Below, piece by piece: positions 20,800 to 32,015 of a stretch of 64,000 nucleotides of DNA. This DNA is from an uncultured delta proteobacterium (GTDB lineage: Bacteria; Desulfobacterota; Syntrophia; Syntrophales; Fen-1087): the NCBI GenBank assembly GCA_963708515.1, contig CAVPSX010000011.1, positions 104,710-168,709 of the forward strand, in the 5' to 3' direction. Every line of letters starts with the position of its first letter. The first letter of the stretch is position 1. Made by a program: the position numbers and the translations under genes. The notes under the pieces are model-generated. The model made no database searches and was not told where the DNA came from. It saw nothing but the letters and a program-made list of their open reading frames with translations.

Positions 20800-21942
20800 A
20801 TGACAACTGGCAAACAATGCAATTGGGCGAACAATCTGACTCCTTTATTCCTCGTTTTCTGTCTGCTGATCGCCGGCTGCAGCAGTGGGGGACAAGCGCA
20901 AGTCTATGCAGTCGGCTCGGCCGTGTCTGATGGGACCACAGGGGTGAATATCCCGGTTTACTGGAACAATGCCATTACCGAACTCTCCCGGATCGATTCC
21001 ACGTGCGATGGCTATGCAAACTCTATCATTGTGGCTGGACAAGACACCCATATCGCCGGAACCACTTTTGTATGCTCTGACGGTGGAACAGCGAAAACAC
21101 CCGTCGCGGCCTACTGGAAAAATGGTGTCCGCACCGACCTGGAACGGCCGGCGGCCCATGCGCAGGAAGCATCGGAAGCGCAGCAGGTCTTTCTGGCCAA
21201 CGGATCCATCTACGTTGCCGGGTACGTGACGGGCGATAACGGCCCCCTTCCCGTATACTGGCGGGACGGAAGGATTGTCTATCTCACTGCAATTCCATAT
21301 GGGGGCACGAAGGCCCGTGCGTCAAATATTTATGTTGACGGAACGGATGTCTATGTTAGCGGTGCCGCCCTGTTCGATACCGCCTACCCGGTATATTGGA
21401 AGAACGGGGAGGTGTTCACGCTGCCCATTCCCAGCGGATTCCGCGGGACCAGCGTCCCTCTGCCCATTCATGTGTCCGGCGGAGACGTTTATGTTTTCGG
21501 GCATCTCCACCGCCTGCGGACACCAACGAACTGGGATAGATCGGAGCGGCCCGTCTACTGGAAAAACGGGACGCTTGTCCCCCTCTTCCCCTTGACAAGC
21601 GGCGCCGGATACTCTTACGGCGGCACGGTTTTCAACGGGACGCCCTACAGCGCCGGGGCATATGTCGAGGGGGTTCTTTATACCCCCTCCGTATGGGCGG
21701 ATCAAACGCGGCAGCGGCTGCCGATGATTGACGAGGGGCTCTACGGCATGGCGCATGATGTGTTCGTGGATGAGGGAGGAATTTACGTGGTCGGCTGGAA
21801 TCATGAGTCAACAAACCCGACCGACCCGGAAGCGCTCCTGAGAGCTGTTCCCTGCTACTGGATCAATGGCGCCAGGGTGGACCTGCCGGTGCTGAAGGCG
21901 GGTTCATCGGCTTACGCCCGGGAGATATATGTCGCCCGATAA
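20800..21942 (+). CDS. lipoprotein with seven YWKNG-type repeats (probable beta-propeller)
   Basis: Lipobox LIAG-C; repeats VYWNN, AYWKNG, VYWRDG, VYWKNG, VYWKNG, SVWAD, CYWING, each followed by a DVYV.G-type strand. Confidence 0.8.
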   Translation: MTTGKQCNWANNLTPLFLVFCLLIAGCSSGGQAQVYAVGSAVSDGTTGVNIPVYWNNAITELSRIDSTCDGYANSIIVAGQDTHIAGTTFVCSDGGTAKTPVAAYWKNGVRTDLERPAAHAQEASEAQQVFLANGSIYVAGYVTGDNGPLPVYWRDGRIVYLTAIPYGGTKARASNIYVDGTDVYVSGAALFDTAYPVYWKNGEVFTLPIPSGFRGTSVPLPIHVSGGDVYVFGHLHRLRTPTNWDRSERPVYWKNGTLVPLFPLTSGAGYSYGGTVFNGTPYSAGAYVEGVLYTPSVWADQTRQRLPMIDEGLYGMAHDVFVDEGGIYVVGWNHESTNPTDPEALLRAVPCYWINGARVDLPVLKAGSSAYAREIYVAR

Positions 21943-21948
21943 ATCGAC

Positions 21949-23635
21949 TTATCCCCTCGTCATGCGCCGGTATTTGATCCGGTGCGGCTGGCTGGCCGCA
22001 GCACCGAGGCGCAGCTTCCGGTCGGCTTCATATTCGGAATAGTTCCCGTCGAACCAGACGACGCGGCTCTCCCCTTCAAATGCGAGGATATGCGTCGCGA
22101 TCCGGTCGAGAAACCACCGGTCATGGCTGATGATCACGGCGCAACCGGCAAAATTCTCCAGCGCCTCTTCGAGCGCGCGCATGGTGTTGACGTCGAGGTC
22201 GTTGGTCGGCTCGTCGAGCAGCAGGACATTCGCGCCTTCCTTGAGCATGCGCGCCAGATGGACGCGGTTGCGTTCACCGCCCGATAACATGCCCACCTTC
22301 TTCTGCTGGTCGGCGCCGGAAAGGTTGAACCGGGCCACATAAGCCCGTGAATTGACCAGTTTACCACCGAGCTGGATCATCTCCTGTCCTTCGGAAATCA
22401 CCTCCCAGATGGTCCTGTCGGGATTCAGAACGTCGCGACTCTGATCCACATAGGCCAGCTTCACGGTCTCGCCGACCCGGATGGTACCGGAATCCGGTGT
22501 TTCCTGCCCCGTGATCATGCGGAAGAGGGTCGTCTTGCCGGCGCCGTTCGGTCCGATGACGCCTACAATCCCGCCGGGCGGCAGTGAAAACGACACCCTC
22601 TCCATCAGGAGCCGGTCGCCGTATCCTTTTGTCACATTTTCCGCTTCGATGGCCATCCTGCCGAGCCTCGGGCCGGGGGGAATGTAGATCTCCAGTTCGC
22701 CGGCGCGTTTTTCCCCTTCCTGCCCCAGCAGTTGCTCGTAGGAACTGATGCGCGCCTTTGATTTGGCGTGCCGTCCCTTGGGGGACATGCGAATCCACTC
22801 TAACTCCCGCTGCAGCGTTTTCTGCCGTTCCGTCTCGCTTTTTTCCTCGAGGCGCAGCCGGTTTTGCTTCTGCTCGAGCCAGGACGAATAGTTTCCCTGC
22901 CAGGGAATGCCCTGGCCCTTGTCGAGTTCCAGAATCCAGCCCGCCACATTGTCCAGAAAATACCGGTCGTGTGTGACTGCGATAATCGTACCGGCATAGC
23001 GCTGCAGATGATGTTCAAGCCACGCGACGGACTCAGCATCCAGATGGTTCGTCGGTTCGTCGAGCAGCAGGATATCGGGCTTCTGCAGGAGCAGCCGGCA
23101 CAGGGCAACGCGCCTTCTCTCGCCGCCCGACAGGATGTTCACGGGCGTATCTCCCGCGGGGCAGCGCAGGGCGTCCATGGCCATTTCCAGACGCGAGTCC
23201 AGGTCCCAGGCGTCCAGGGCGTCGAGCTTTTCCTGTACTTTCCCCTGGCGTTCGATCAGGGCGTTCATCTGCTCATCCGTCATGGGCTCGGCAAACTGTT
23301 CGTTGATCCGGTTGTATTCGCCGATCAGATCGACCACCTCCCGGACGCCCTCTTCGACGATCTCGCGCACCGTTTTTTCTTCATTCACAAGCGGCTCCTG
23401 CTCGAGAAAACCCACCGTGTATCCCGGCGAGAGGATCGTTTTGCCGTTGAAGTCCTTGTCCACATCGGCCAGAATGCGCAACAAGCGAACTCTTGCCCGA
23501 TCCGTTGAGTCCCAGGACGCCGATCTTCGCACCATAGAAATAGGACAGGTAGATGTCCTTCAGCACCGCTTTCTTGTCATGGTATTTGCTCACTCCGATC
23601 ATGGAGTAGATAACCTTGTTGATTTCAGCCGTCAT
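21949..23635 (-). CDS. ettA: energy-dependent translational throttle EttA (ABC-F), one apparent +1 frameshift near 23486
   Basis: N-terminus SYFYGAKIGVLGLNGSGKSS (ORF 23381..23635) joins LLRILA.. (ORF 21949..23535); two ABC cassettes and RELEWIR..KGR.AKSKAR linker. Confidence 0.9.
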
Positions 23636-23950
23636 GGATTGTCAATGCCTCCCCGTTTTTCATTATCATTGATGAAGCGGAAAAATAAACATCATGATTT
23701 CTTGCCGGGGGAGTTTACTACAACGGAAATGAAAATGCGATAAATAGATGGATGACGATGAATCTGCCTGAGATCCGGATGTGATACGATCAATAACTAA
23801 ATTATTTTTAGGCATTTTCACCTTGACGAATAATGACATTTCTTCTATATATTGCGTTGCAATATTAGGATCTGTCGTTCCGAACGAATGCAAGGATTTC
23901 TTGCTCGAAATGACAAAAGTAAGAGCGTGGCCCGGGGGAATGGAGAGCCG

Positions 23951-24700
23951 TTGATCAAAATTGAACATCTCTACAAATCCTACGATAAAAAACCTGTCCT
24001 CAAAGATGTGACCCTTTCGGTACAACGCGGCTCAATCATGGGGCTCCTTGGTCCCAATGGCGCAGGAAAGACAACCCTCATCTCCATCCTTACTGGCGTG
24101 ATCAGTAAGGACAGCGGAAGCATAACTGTAAACGGCATGGATCTCGACCATGAGATCGGCGCCATACAAACAAGGTGCAGTTACGTGCCCCAGACTCTTG
24201 CTTTCTATCCGCGGCTGACAGCCCGCGAAAACCTGGAATATTTTGGCGCCCTGCGGGATCTGAAGGGAAAGAAACTGAAGGAGAGCATGGAATTCTGCAT
24301 TGATATCGGAAGCATGCAAGAATTCTTGAATAAACGGGTGGATAAGTGTTCCGGCGGCATGAAAAGGCGCTTGAATATGGCCATCGGTCTCCTGAACGAC
24401 CCGGAAATATTGTATCTGGACGAGCCTACGCTGGGCGTCGATGCGCAATCAAGGAACTATATCCTTAAGACGATAAAAAAGATCAACTCTGAACGGAAGA
24501 CGACAATCATCTATACATCCCACTATATGGATGAGATTGAGCAGGTTTCCGACGAAATCGCCATTATCGATGAGGGCAAAATCATTCTTCAAGGCACCAA
24601 GCAGGACATTTTGACACGCGCCGATGCCGTTTGCGGCCATGGGACACTTGAGGAGCTTTTCCTTAAGCTGACAAACATCAGATTGCGCGACGAAGATTGA
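23951..24700 (+). CDS. ABC-2 type exporter ATP-binding protein
   Basis: GPNGAGKT, SGGMKRR, LDEPT, TSHYM; TTG start after GGAG. Confidence 0.92.
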   Translation: MIKIEHLYKSYDKKPVLKDVTLSVQRGSIMGLLGPNGAGKTTLISILTGVISKDSGSITVNGMDLDHEIGAIQTRCSYVPQTLAFYPRLTARENLEYFGALRDLKGKKLKESMEFCIDIGSMQEFLNKRVDKCSGGMKRRLNMAIGLLNDPEILYLDEPTLGVDAQSRNYILKTIKKINSERKTTIIYTSHYMDEIEQVSDEIAIIDEGKIILQGTKQDILTRADAVCGHGTLEELFLKLTNIRLRDED

Positions 24701-24714
24701 CCGTAGCATCAACA

Positions 24715-25932
24715 ATGATAAAACTACTTTACATCCTGAAAAAAGAATTTTTACTGATCGCCAGGGACATCCATGCCGTAACCGTCCTTTTCGTCATGCC
24801 GGTCGTTTTCATTCTGATCATGACCCTCGCCATGCGGGATCTGTTTGACCTCCATAGCAGTGTTGTCATTGACGTCCTCACTGTGAACCATGACGCGGGA
24901 AAGCGGTCGGGGATGTTTTTGAAGGCGATGGAAGAACACGACACATTCCGGTTTCACCTCATCGAAAAAGACACCGTCACGGAGAGCGTCAAGGAGCAGA
25001 TGCTGTCCCGTGACTACAAGTTCGCACTGATCATCAAAAACAACTTTTCCGCCTTCGTGAATAAAAAAGGGAAGGGAAAGGATGAGAATCCTTTGGAACT
25101 CCTCGTTAATCCCACGGTAACCGTCCAGACACAGCTTGTTCTAAAAAGCGCGCTGGAAGGAAATCTGTCGAAGTTGAGATGGGACGCCTTTATCGATCGC
25201 ATCGACCAACTGCTGACCCTCGCCGGAATCGACAAGAAGAAACTGAAGGCGGGAAAAGATAGTCCCATCGATGTCCAATACGTTTACAAGGGGGGGCGGT
25301 ATTCCAAGGTGCCTTCCGCCGTCCAGCAGAGCGTTCCCGCGTGGCTCGTGTTTTCCATGTTCTTTATCGTCATCCCCCTATCCAACACCTTCATATCCGA
25401 AAGGGATCAGGGCACTTTCATGCGCCTTAAAAGCATGAATGTTTCGAGACTCTATCTGATCCTGGGCAAGATGATCCCTTATCTTCTGCTTAACATGATC
25501 CAGGTGATTTTTATGATTGCCGTCGGTGTTTATGTCGTCCCCTTATGCGGCGGCACCGCTCTTACCATCGGAGATTCCCTGGGTGGACTTATCCTGATCG
25601 CCTCCGCCGTGAGCTTCAGCGCCATTTCCGTGGCGCTCCTGATTGCCTCCGTAGCCAGAACGACGGAGCAGGCAACGACTATCGGAGCCGTCCTGAATAT
25701 TATCTTTGGCGCCCTCGGAGGACTCATGGTGCCCAAGTTTGTCATGCCCGGGTTTATGCAGAACCTCGCCAATTTCTCCCCTATGTCCTGGGGGCTGGAA
25801 GGGTTTCTCGATATCTTCCTGCGAAACGGCGGCGTTTCCGATGTCTTACCCAAAAGCCTGTCCCTGTTTACCTTAGGGCTGGTCATGCTTGGTCTGACGC
25901 TGATTTTATTGCGAAGGCAAAGAGAGGTCTGA
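24715..25932 (+). CDS. ABC-2 type exporter permease
   Basis: N-terminal TM, periplasmic loop, VQQSVPAWLVFSMFF, five C-terminal TMs, SPMSWG. Confidence 0.9.
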   Translation: MIKLLYILKKEFLLIARDIHAVTVLFVMPVVFILIMTLAMRDLFDLHSSVVIDVLTVNHDAGKRSGMFLKAMEEHDTFRFHLIEKDTVTESVKEQMLSRDYKFALIIKNNFSAFVNKKGKGKDENPLELLVNPTVTVQTQLVLKSALEGNLSKLRWDAFIDRIDQLLTLAGIDKKKLKAGKDSPIDVQYVYKGGRYSKVPSAVQQSVPAWLVFSMFFIVIPLSNTFISERDQGTFMRLKSMNVSRLYLILGKMIPYLLLNMIQVIFMIAVGVYVVPLCGGTALTIGDSLGGLILIASAVSFSAISVALLIASVARTTEQATTIGAVLNIIFGALGGLMVPKFVMPGFMQNLANFSPMSWGLEGFLDIFLRNGGVSDVLPKSLSLFTLGLVMLGLTLILLRRQREV

Positions 25933-25937
25933 AACCG

Positions 25938-26204
25938 ATGAAAGGTTCCCTTGATGACGGATTGAAGACGGAGTTAAAGAAACTGATCGTTGAAGAGTGC
26001 GATCTTACGGTCGATCCGGGGGAAATTGGCGACGACGAACCCCTTTTCGGCAGCGATGCAAACATCGGTTTGGACTCCATAGACGCCCTGCAGATATCTA
26101 TAGCGATTGATAAAAAATACAAAATCACCATCACCGACAGCAAGGAAACAAGACGGGTCATGAGATCGATAAACACCTTTGCCGACTTTATTCAACCGGA
26201 GTAG
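25938..26204 (+). CDS. acyl carrier protein
   Basis: Acidic 88-aa protein with PLFG..GLDSIDALQ phosphopantetheine site. Confidence 0.92.
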   Translation: MKGSLDDGLKTELKKLIVEECDLTVDPGEIGDDEPLFGSDANIGLDSIDALQISIAIDKKYKITITDSKETRRVMRSINTFADFIQPE

Positions 26205-26207
26205 AGA

Positions 26208-27383
26208 TTGAAAAGAAGGGCATTTATAACCGGAAAGGCGATGACCTGCTCTCTCGGCGATTCCCTGGAAGAGATTGTAGGCGCTGTCCGCCATAAGAGA
26301 ATAAGGCTTGACCGTATCCCCTTTACGCTTGCCTCCCTGCCCTATTCCAAACCATACTATCTTATACAACGCAATGTCGGGGATAAGCTGGATGAGCGCT
26401 CCGAAGCGTATTTCTATGAGGTTCTCTTCTCTGCGGTGTCCCGCGCTCTCCTCGATGCCGGCTTGAACAGAACGGAGATCAAGGATATGAACGTGTTCTT
26501 CGGCTCTACATCTATGGACGTTCCCGTGTTTGAGGGCAACCACCGCAAGTCATCTTCAACTGTTTCGGGGATGTTCCTCCAGTCATCCTATGGGTACGGA
26601 AAAATCGCCGGCGCCATCGTTGAGAGGTTCGGAATAGGGGGTAACTGCTATTCCTTTACCACAGCCTGCACCTCGAGCGCCAACGCCTTGCTTTACGCCG
26701 CAGCCATGATAGAGGAAGGGCTGATAGAGAGGGCTTTGGTTGTGGGCTACGACTTGTTCAACAACCTCGGTTTTTACGGGTTTGAAGCCCTGAAATCCAT
26801 TGCCGAGACGGATTACAGACCCTTTGACAGAACGCGTGACGGACTGATCCTTGGCGAGGCTTGCGGAGCGGTCATACTGGAAGGAAAACGAAGAAAGACC
26901 GGAGATTTCATGCACCTTGGCGGAGCGAATCTCTGTGACACTTACAGCGTCACCAGCCACGATGAAGAAGGGTTTGCCGTTGCGGAAACGATGAACAGGG
27001 CTCTCAGGCAGGCGGGGATTTCCCCCAGGGACATATGCGCCGTCAAGGCCCACGCCACGGGAACGGAAAACAATGACAGGACCGAGTGCGCCGCCATGAG
27101 GGTAACCTTCGGGTGTGAGATGCCCCCAGTAACATGCGTCAAGCCTTTCATTGGCCACACCGTGGGCGCCTGTGGCGTCAACGAGTTGATCCTGTTCACA
27201 GAATCGGTAAAGACGGGATTTGTACCCTCCACACCTGGCTTTCGGGAAGTGGACGATGAATTGAATCTGACGCCCCTGACGGAAAACATGGAAGCCGGTG
27301 AGGGTATATTTATGCTCAACTATTTTGGGTTCGGCGGCAACTGCACGACCCTTATCCTCTCCAATAAGGGCGATAGGGAATGA
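26208..27383 (+). CDS. beta-ketoacyl-ACP synthase (FabF/aryl-polyene KS-like)
   Basis: TACTSS (Cys), AHATGT (His), KPFIGHT (His), FGFGG. Confidence 0.92.
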   Translation: MKRRAFITGKAMTCSLGDSLEEIVGAVRHKRIRLDRIPFTLASLPYSKPYYLIQRNVGDKLDERSEAYFYEVLFSAVSRALLDAGLNRTEIKDMNVFFGSTSMDVPVFEGNHRKSSSTVSGMFLQSSYGYGKIAGAIVERFGIGGNCYSFTTACTSSANALLYAAAMIEEGLIERALVVGYDLFNNLGFYGFEALKSIAETDYRPFDRTRDGLILGEACGAVILEGKRRKTGDFMHLGGANLCDTYSVTSHDEEGFAVAETMNRALRQAGISPRDICAVKAHATGTENNDRTECAAMRVTFGCEMPPVTCVKPFIGHTVGACGVNELILFTESVKTGFVPSTPGFREVDDELNLTPLTENMEAGEGIFMLNYFGFGGNCTTLILSNKGDRE

Positions 27384-28252
27384 GCGAAATGTATATTCAC
27401 AGCGCCTCATCCTTTATCGGGGCGGAAAGCACGGACGCAAATTTCTTAAAAGAAAAGCTTAACAGCTACACCGAGGAACATTTCCGCAGGGTAAACAGAT
27501 TCATCCTTCTTACCCTGCTAGGCGCCCGTCAGTGTATCCATCATCACGCCCTTGATTTTGATACGGCCATTTACCTCACAACGGAGCACGGCAACCTTGG
27601 TGAGACCGCTTCGGTTCTCGATGAAATATATACGGCCCGGTCTCTGCCAAAACCATTCGGTTTCATCAATACGATGAGCAATACCGCGGCTTTCTATCTT
27701 GCACGGAACCTGGGCGTCCGGGGCCGCAACATCATGGTCTCCAGCCAGCATCTTTCCTTTGAAAGGGGGCTGGAGCTTCTGCATGTGGATTTTGCCCTTG
27801 GCGCGACAGGGAACGCCCTGATCGGCGGCGTGGATGAGGCCCTCCTTTCACGAGCTGCCCTGGAAGAACAAACCAATCGCGTCTTTAGGATGGTTAACGG
27901 GAGCGGCTGGCTTTATGTTAAGCCTGTGAAGGATGGCGCCTGTGGGGCAATTTCAGAGATCCGGTCGTTTAGCGACGGACATTCATGTATGAAATGGATA
28001 AGAGAAAGAAGAAGATCGCATACAGACGTCGTTTCTTTCGGCGCCCTCATCGATGATGATGAAGCCGCCGCGATGAAGGAAATTTTACATCCCGTTGCCG
28101 AGTTTGATTACCTCTGTGACTATGGATATTCAGGCTCAGCCACGGCCTGCGGTGTAAGCCTGTTCATAATGCTTTTCCATGGAAAAATCCTGCTGCATAT
28201 CAACAGGGACCAGCGCGGTCATTTTGCAGTCATCGAAGTTGAGAGGTATTGA
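27380..28252 (+). CDS. non-catalytic ketosynthase partner (chain-length-factor-like)
   Basis: RRVNRF, P..F.NT.SN..A and L.GGVDE KS N-terminal motifs without catalytic Cys/His; coupled to the KS gene. Confidence 0.75.
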   Translation: MSEMYIHSASSFIGAESTDANFLKEKLNSYTEEHFRRVNRFILLTLLGARQCIHHHALDFDTAIYLTTEHGNLGETASVLDEIYTARSLPKPFGFINTMSNTAAFYLARNLGVRGRNIMVSSQHLSFERGLELLHVDFALGATGNALIGGVDEALLSRAALEEQTNRVFRMVNGSGWLYVKPVKDGACGAISEIRSFSDGHSCMKWIRERRRSHTDVVSFGALIDDDEAAAMKEILHPVAEFDYLCDYGYSGSATACGVSLFIMLFHGKILLHINRDQRGHFAVIEVERY

Positions 28253-28284
28253 AGAACTGCGACAATACCCTTCCTTTTTCTCTC

Positions 28285-29284
28285 TTATGAAATCTTACGA
28301 AGCATCAGGTGGACTTCTTTCTCTGCCTTGCCGGCCATCCTGAGTAGATTGGCAATATTGGGCAGATCGATCTCGCTGTCTTTTCTTTTGAATGTTCTCG
28401 CGCAAACCAAGGCAAAGTTGCGCCAGAGATCGCCTGTCTCCGTCATTTTTTTGTAGGCCTCCCGCAATACAGGCATCTCCAACGTTCATAAGCTTCCTGA
28501 AGAAATGCGGCGTACATATAGCGAAATCCGCCCCCCACCGGTGCCGACCTCTTCCTGCATAAGCGCAATGTGTCCCAAAAGTGATCTTATATATTTTTCA
28601 TTCTTCTTTCCACCGAGCTTTTCGATGATAATTGGCGAGATAGGATATCCCGCGGACCCACAGGGGGTCGGGGCACGCAGCATCATGAAATTCGTCCGCT
28701 TGATCGATTTCCGAATCAGGGAATTGATGTCGATTTTTTCAGGAATATATGTCGGATAATACATGAAGCCTTTCGGGGCCATGATACCCTTTGCGAACCG
28801 GGCGTTCTGCAAATCCTGCGGTTTTATCCGTGTGGGCTCTTCGAAGACCGGTTCACTCACCAGATATCCCCGTTTTCTTTACCGAAGATAACGATGTTGT
28901 GGGCATTAAATGGGATTCTCGATTCCTGAGGAAAATAGGGAAGCCAGTAAACAGATGTCTGAACCCCGACAACCTGATTTTTGTCGACCAGTTCACTGAG
29001 ATCCTCCATGGCCTTTACTTCATCCCGGTATTTCCTGACTTCGAATTTGACCCCAAGGCGCCTTGAAATCCCGCCAATGATCGATTTGGGAATGCTGCGG
29101 TAGGCGATGATCGGCATCCCGCCTGTCATCTCGACAAAAGGCAGAAAAACGAACATCAGTCCACTGGCAAGTCCGAAAACCATGGGCTCGGGATCTCCAG
29201 CCCATGATGCCTTAAAAGCGAAGTTACCGTACCTGTTTCGCAATGCGCATAAGGTCTGTGCTCATATCGATCCTTGACTTTCAA
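28285..29284 (-). pseudogene. BtrH-N / C39-peptidase-like protein with at least 5 apparent frameshifts
   Basis: Reconstructed MKVKDRYEHRPYAHCETG..SLL..G.EI.EPMVFG..SGL, FNAHN, MQEEVGTGG.GFR..YAAFLQEA, GDLWR.FA across several frames. Confidence 0.8.
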
Positions 29285-29698
29285 TTATGCATCCTCCCTG
29301 AAGTTTATAAGATCGTCCACTTGAATTTTGAATATCTTTGCGTATTCCTGCAACTTATTCTGGTCCAGTTTTTTGAATACGTTGGGTTTGAAGTGTCGCT
29401 TCAATCGCCACACGGCAATGCCCATAGCCTGTGCAAGAGCTTTGGGATCCAGCAACCGTCTGTACATAAAATATTCTATAGGAGATGATTCATTTCTCAA
29501 GACACGTTGCCTGACTTCCTCTGCCTTCTCTTGAAGAGCATCGGCAAAGGGCACCGTCATGACCAAATGGTCGTCATATCTTTCAAATTGCGTTTTATAT
29601 TTACCCTGATCATCGACTTTGTAAATCGTCCAGGCCATCTGTTTCCAGCGTGCTTCGCGGGTCGTGATCTGGTTTTGCTTGACATCCTTAGTTGTCAT
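29285..29698 (-). CDS. conserved small protein of flexirubin/dialkylresorcinol-type clusters
   Basis: Y.VD..G.Y, SPIEYFMY, WRLKRHFKP.VFKKL..LQEYA pattern; directly upstream of the BtrH-like gene. Confidence 0.7.
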   Translation of the reverse strand: MTTKDVKQNQITTREARWKQMAWTIYKVDDQGKYKTQFERYDDHLVMTVPFADALQEKAEEVRQRVLRNESSPIEYFMYRRLLDPKALAQAMGIAVWRLKRHFKPNVFKKLDQNKLQEYAKIFKIQVDDLINFREDA

Positions 29699-30018
29699 CC
29701 TTCCCCCTTTTTTCTCACAAGAGACGGGAAATTTACTTTGTGGTTATAAAATATAAAAAAGGTTGTTGTAATCAAGCCGGTCACGTCCACCGGGCAGGTA
29801 ATATAATTGATAATTGTGTTTGTGGCAAGAACAGTTATCATAAACAAAGAGGCAATAAAGGGAATGCGAAAGGGGTGAGCACGTGGTACGGTGATACGGA
29901 TTTTTGAAACTTCAGTTCAAATGGTAATCGTGTGGTCAATATTCCATTGACACACAAGACTCCTTGTCTTATGACTCGTCAGTAAAAAAGCAATATCTTA
30001 TCAATCCTGCTTCATACA

Positions 30019-31830
30019 ATGACTATAAAATCAAAAGTCCTCCTCAAAAGCGTTTTCGGCTATGACACCTTCTGGCCTCTTCAGGAAGAAATTATTGCTC
30101 ATATCCTGGAGAATAAGGATGCACTGGTCGTGATGCCCACGGGGGGCGGAAAATCCATCTGCTATCAGATCCCGGCACTGATATTTGAGGGGTTGACCAT
30201 CGTGGTTTCTCCTCTGATCTCCCTCATGAAAGACCAGGTGGACCAACTGAAGGAATGCGGCGTTCCCGCGGTCTTTCTGAACAGCACCTTAAGCGCCTCG
30301 CAGTACCGGAGTCATGTGGAACACATCAGGAAAAAGCCGTCAAGTTGCTCTACATGGCGCCGGAAGCGCTGTTGGCAACAAGGAATATGGCCCTGCTGTC
30401 TCATTGAAAGTCGACTGCTTCGCCGTAGATGAGGCGCACTGCATTTCCGAGTGGGGGCACGATTTCCGCCCGGAATACCGGCAGTTGATGGAGTTCCGTT
30501 CCATGTTTCCCGACGCTGCCTGCGCCGCCCTGACCGCCACTGCCACGTCCCGTGTCCGGGAGGATATCAGGAAATCCCTGCGGTATCGTCAGCCAATGAG
30601 TTTATTGGCCAGCTTCAATCGCCCGAATCTTTTTCTGGAAGTGGCCCCAAAGACGAGCCCCTCGAACAGACCCTTGAATTCCTGAATCAATATCGGAACG
30701 AATCGGGGATCATCTACTGTGCGACCCGCCAGCGGACAGACGATCTTTATGCCGCCCTCCACCGAAAGGGTTATTCAGTTCGTCCCTATCATGCAGGGCT
30801 TTCGGATGTGGAGCGCGCAGAAAATCAAGACCTTTTCAGCCGGGATGACATCCAGATCATCGTGGCGACGATCGCCTTCGGCATGGGGATCAACAAATCC
30901 AATATCCGTTTCGTCGTTCATCACGACCTGTCCAAAAGTATCGACAACTACTATCAGGAAATCGGCCGGGCCGGTCGGGACGGTCTGCCCGCTCATTGCC
31001 TGCTGCTTTTCGGATATGGCGATATCCACAGTGTGCAGTATTTTATAACACAGAAAACGGAACAGGAGCAAAAGGTTGCCAATATCCTACTGAGCGCTCT
31101 CATTGGCTTTGCGGAAACAGATCTCTGCCGTCGCATTCCTCTGCTGCAATACTTCGGAGAGACATACAAGCCGGCCTCTTGCGGGATGTGCGATAATTGC
31201 CGGATCGAGAAAAAGGATTTGGTCGATATTACGATTCCTGCCCAGATGTTTCTATCCTGCGTCAAACGAACTGATGAGATATTCGGCGCCGGCCACATCA
31301 TCGATGTATTGCGGGGCTCAAACTCACAGAAAGTATTGAAATTCGGACATGACAAGTTGTCAACCTATGGGATAGGAACCATGTATTCTGACGGACAATG
31401 GCGCCACCTTGCACGCCAATTCATCCAGAAGGGACTGCTGAGTCACGAATACGAACACGGGTCGTTGAAGCTGACCCCGAAGGCCTGGGAATTTCTGCGG
31501 GCCAAAGATACCTTCATGGGAGGGCTGGAAGAGGCAAAAAAAGGAAAGGACGGAAAAGCCAAAGGAGAGAAAGAGGCGCTGGCACCCTATGATCCTCTAT
31601 TGTTTGAAGCTCTCCGGAAGAAAAGGAAGCAACTTGCCGATCAGGCAAACCTTCCCCCCTTTACGATTTTCCATGACAGGACTCTGAAAGAAATGATCAC
31701 GTGCATGCCCGGAACACTGGATGAATTGGCGGGAATCTATGGGATCGGAGCGGCAAAACTCGAAAAATATGGCGATATTTTTCTGGCAATCTTAAATCAG
31801 CACAGGCATAGTCATAATATCCCGGAATAA
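30019..31830 (+). CDS. recQ: DNA helicase RecQ with about 5 apparent indels between 30330 and 30650
   Basis: [47 protein letters not shown], Zn-binding [13 protein letters not shown] and HRDC domains. Confidence 0.92.
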
Positions 31831-32015
31831 TCAAAATCATCCGAGGACAAAACGACACGCCCCCCGATTTATCGAAGGACAACAGATATAGACATCAACC
31901 CGTCATACGTCGAACAGCCCATCACACCCGTCCCCATGACGCCTGATCAGCGGGTCTAGCGAAAAGGATTTCTGCGCCACGGTGAAACTATTTTTCATCG
32001 GTTATAAAAGGTGGC

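Noticed and set aside
23381-23535. Programmed frameshift in ettA
   Set aside because: No slippery sequence at the break; one extra base inside the Walker A helix fits a sequencing error
25545-25937. N-terminal extension on the ACP shown in the ORF track
   Set aside because: Overlaps the permease out of frame; the GAGG SD supports ATG 25938
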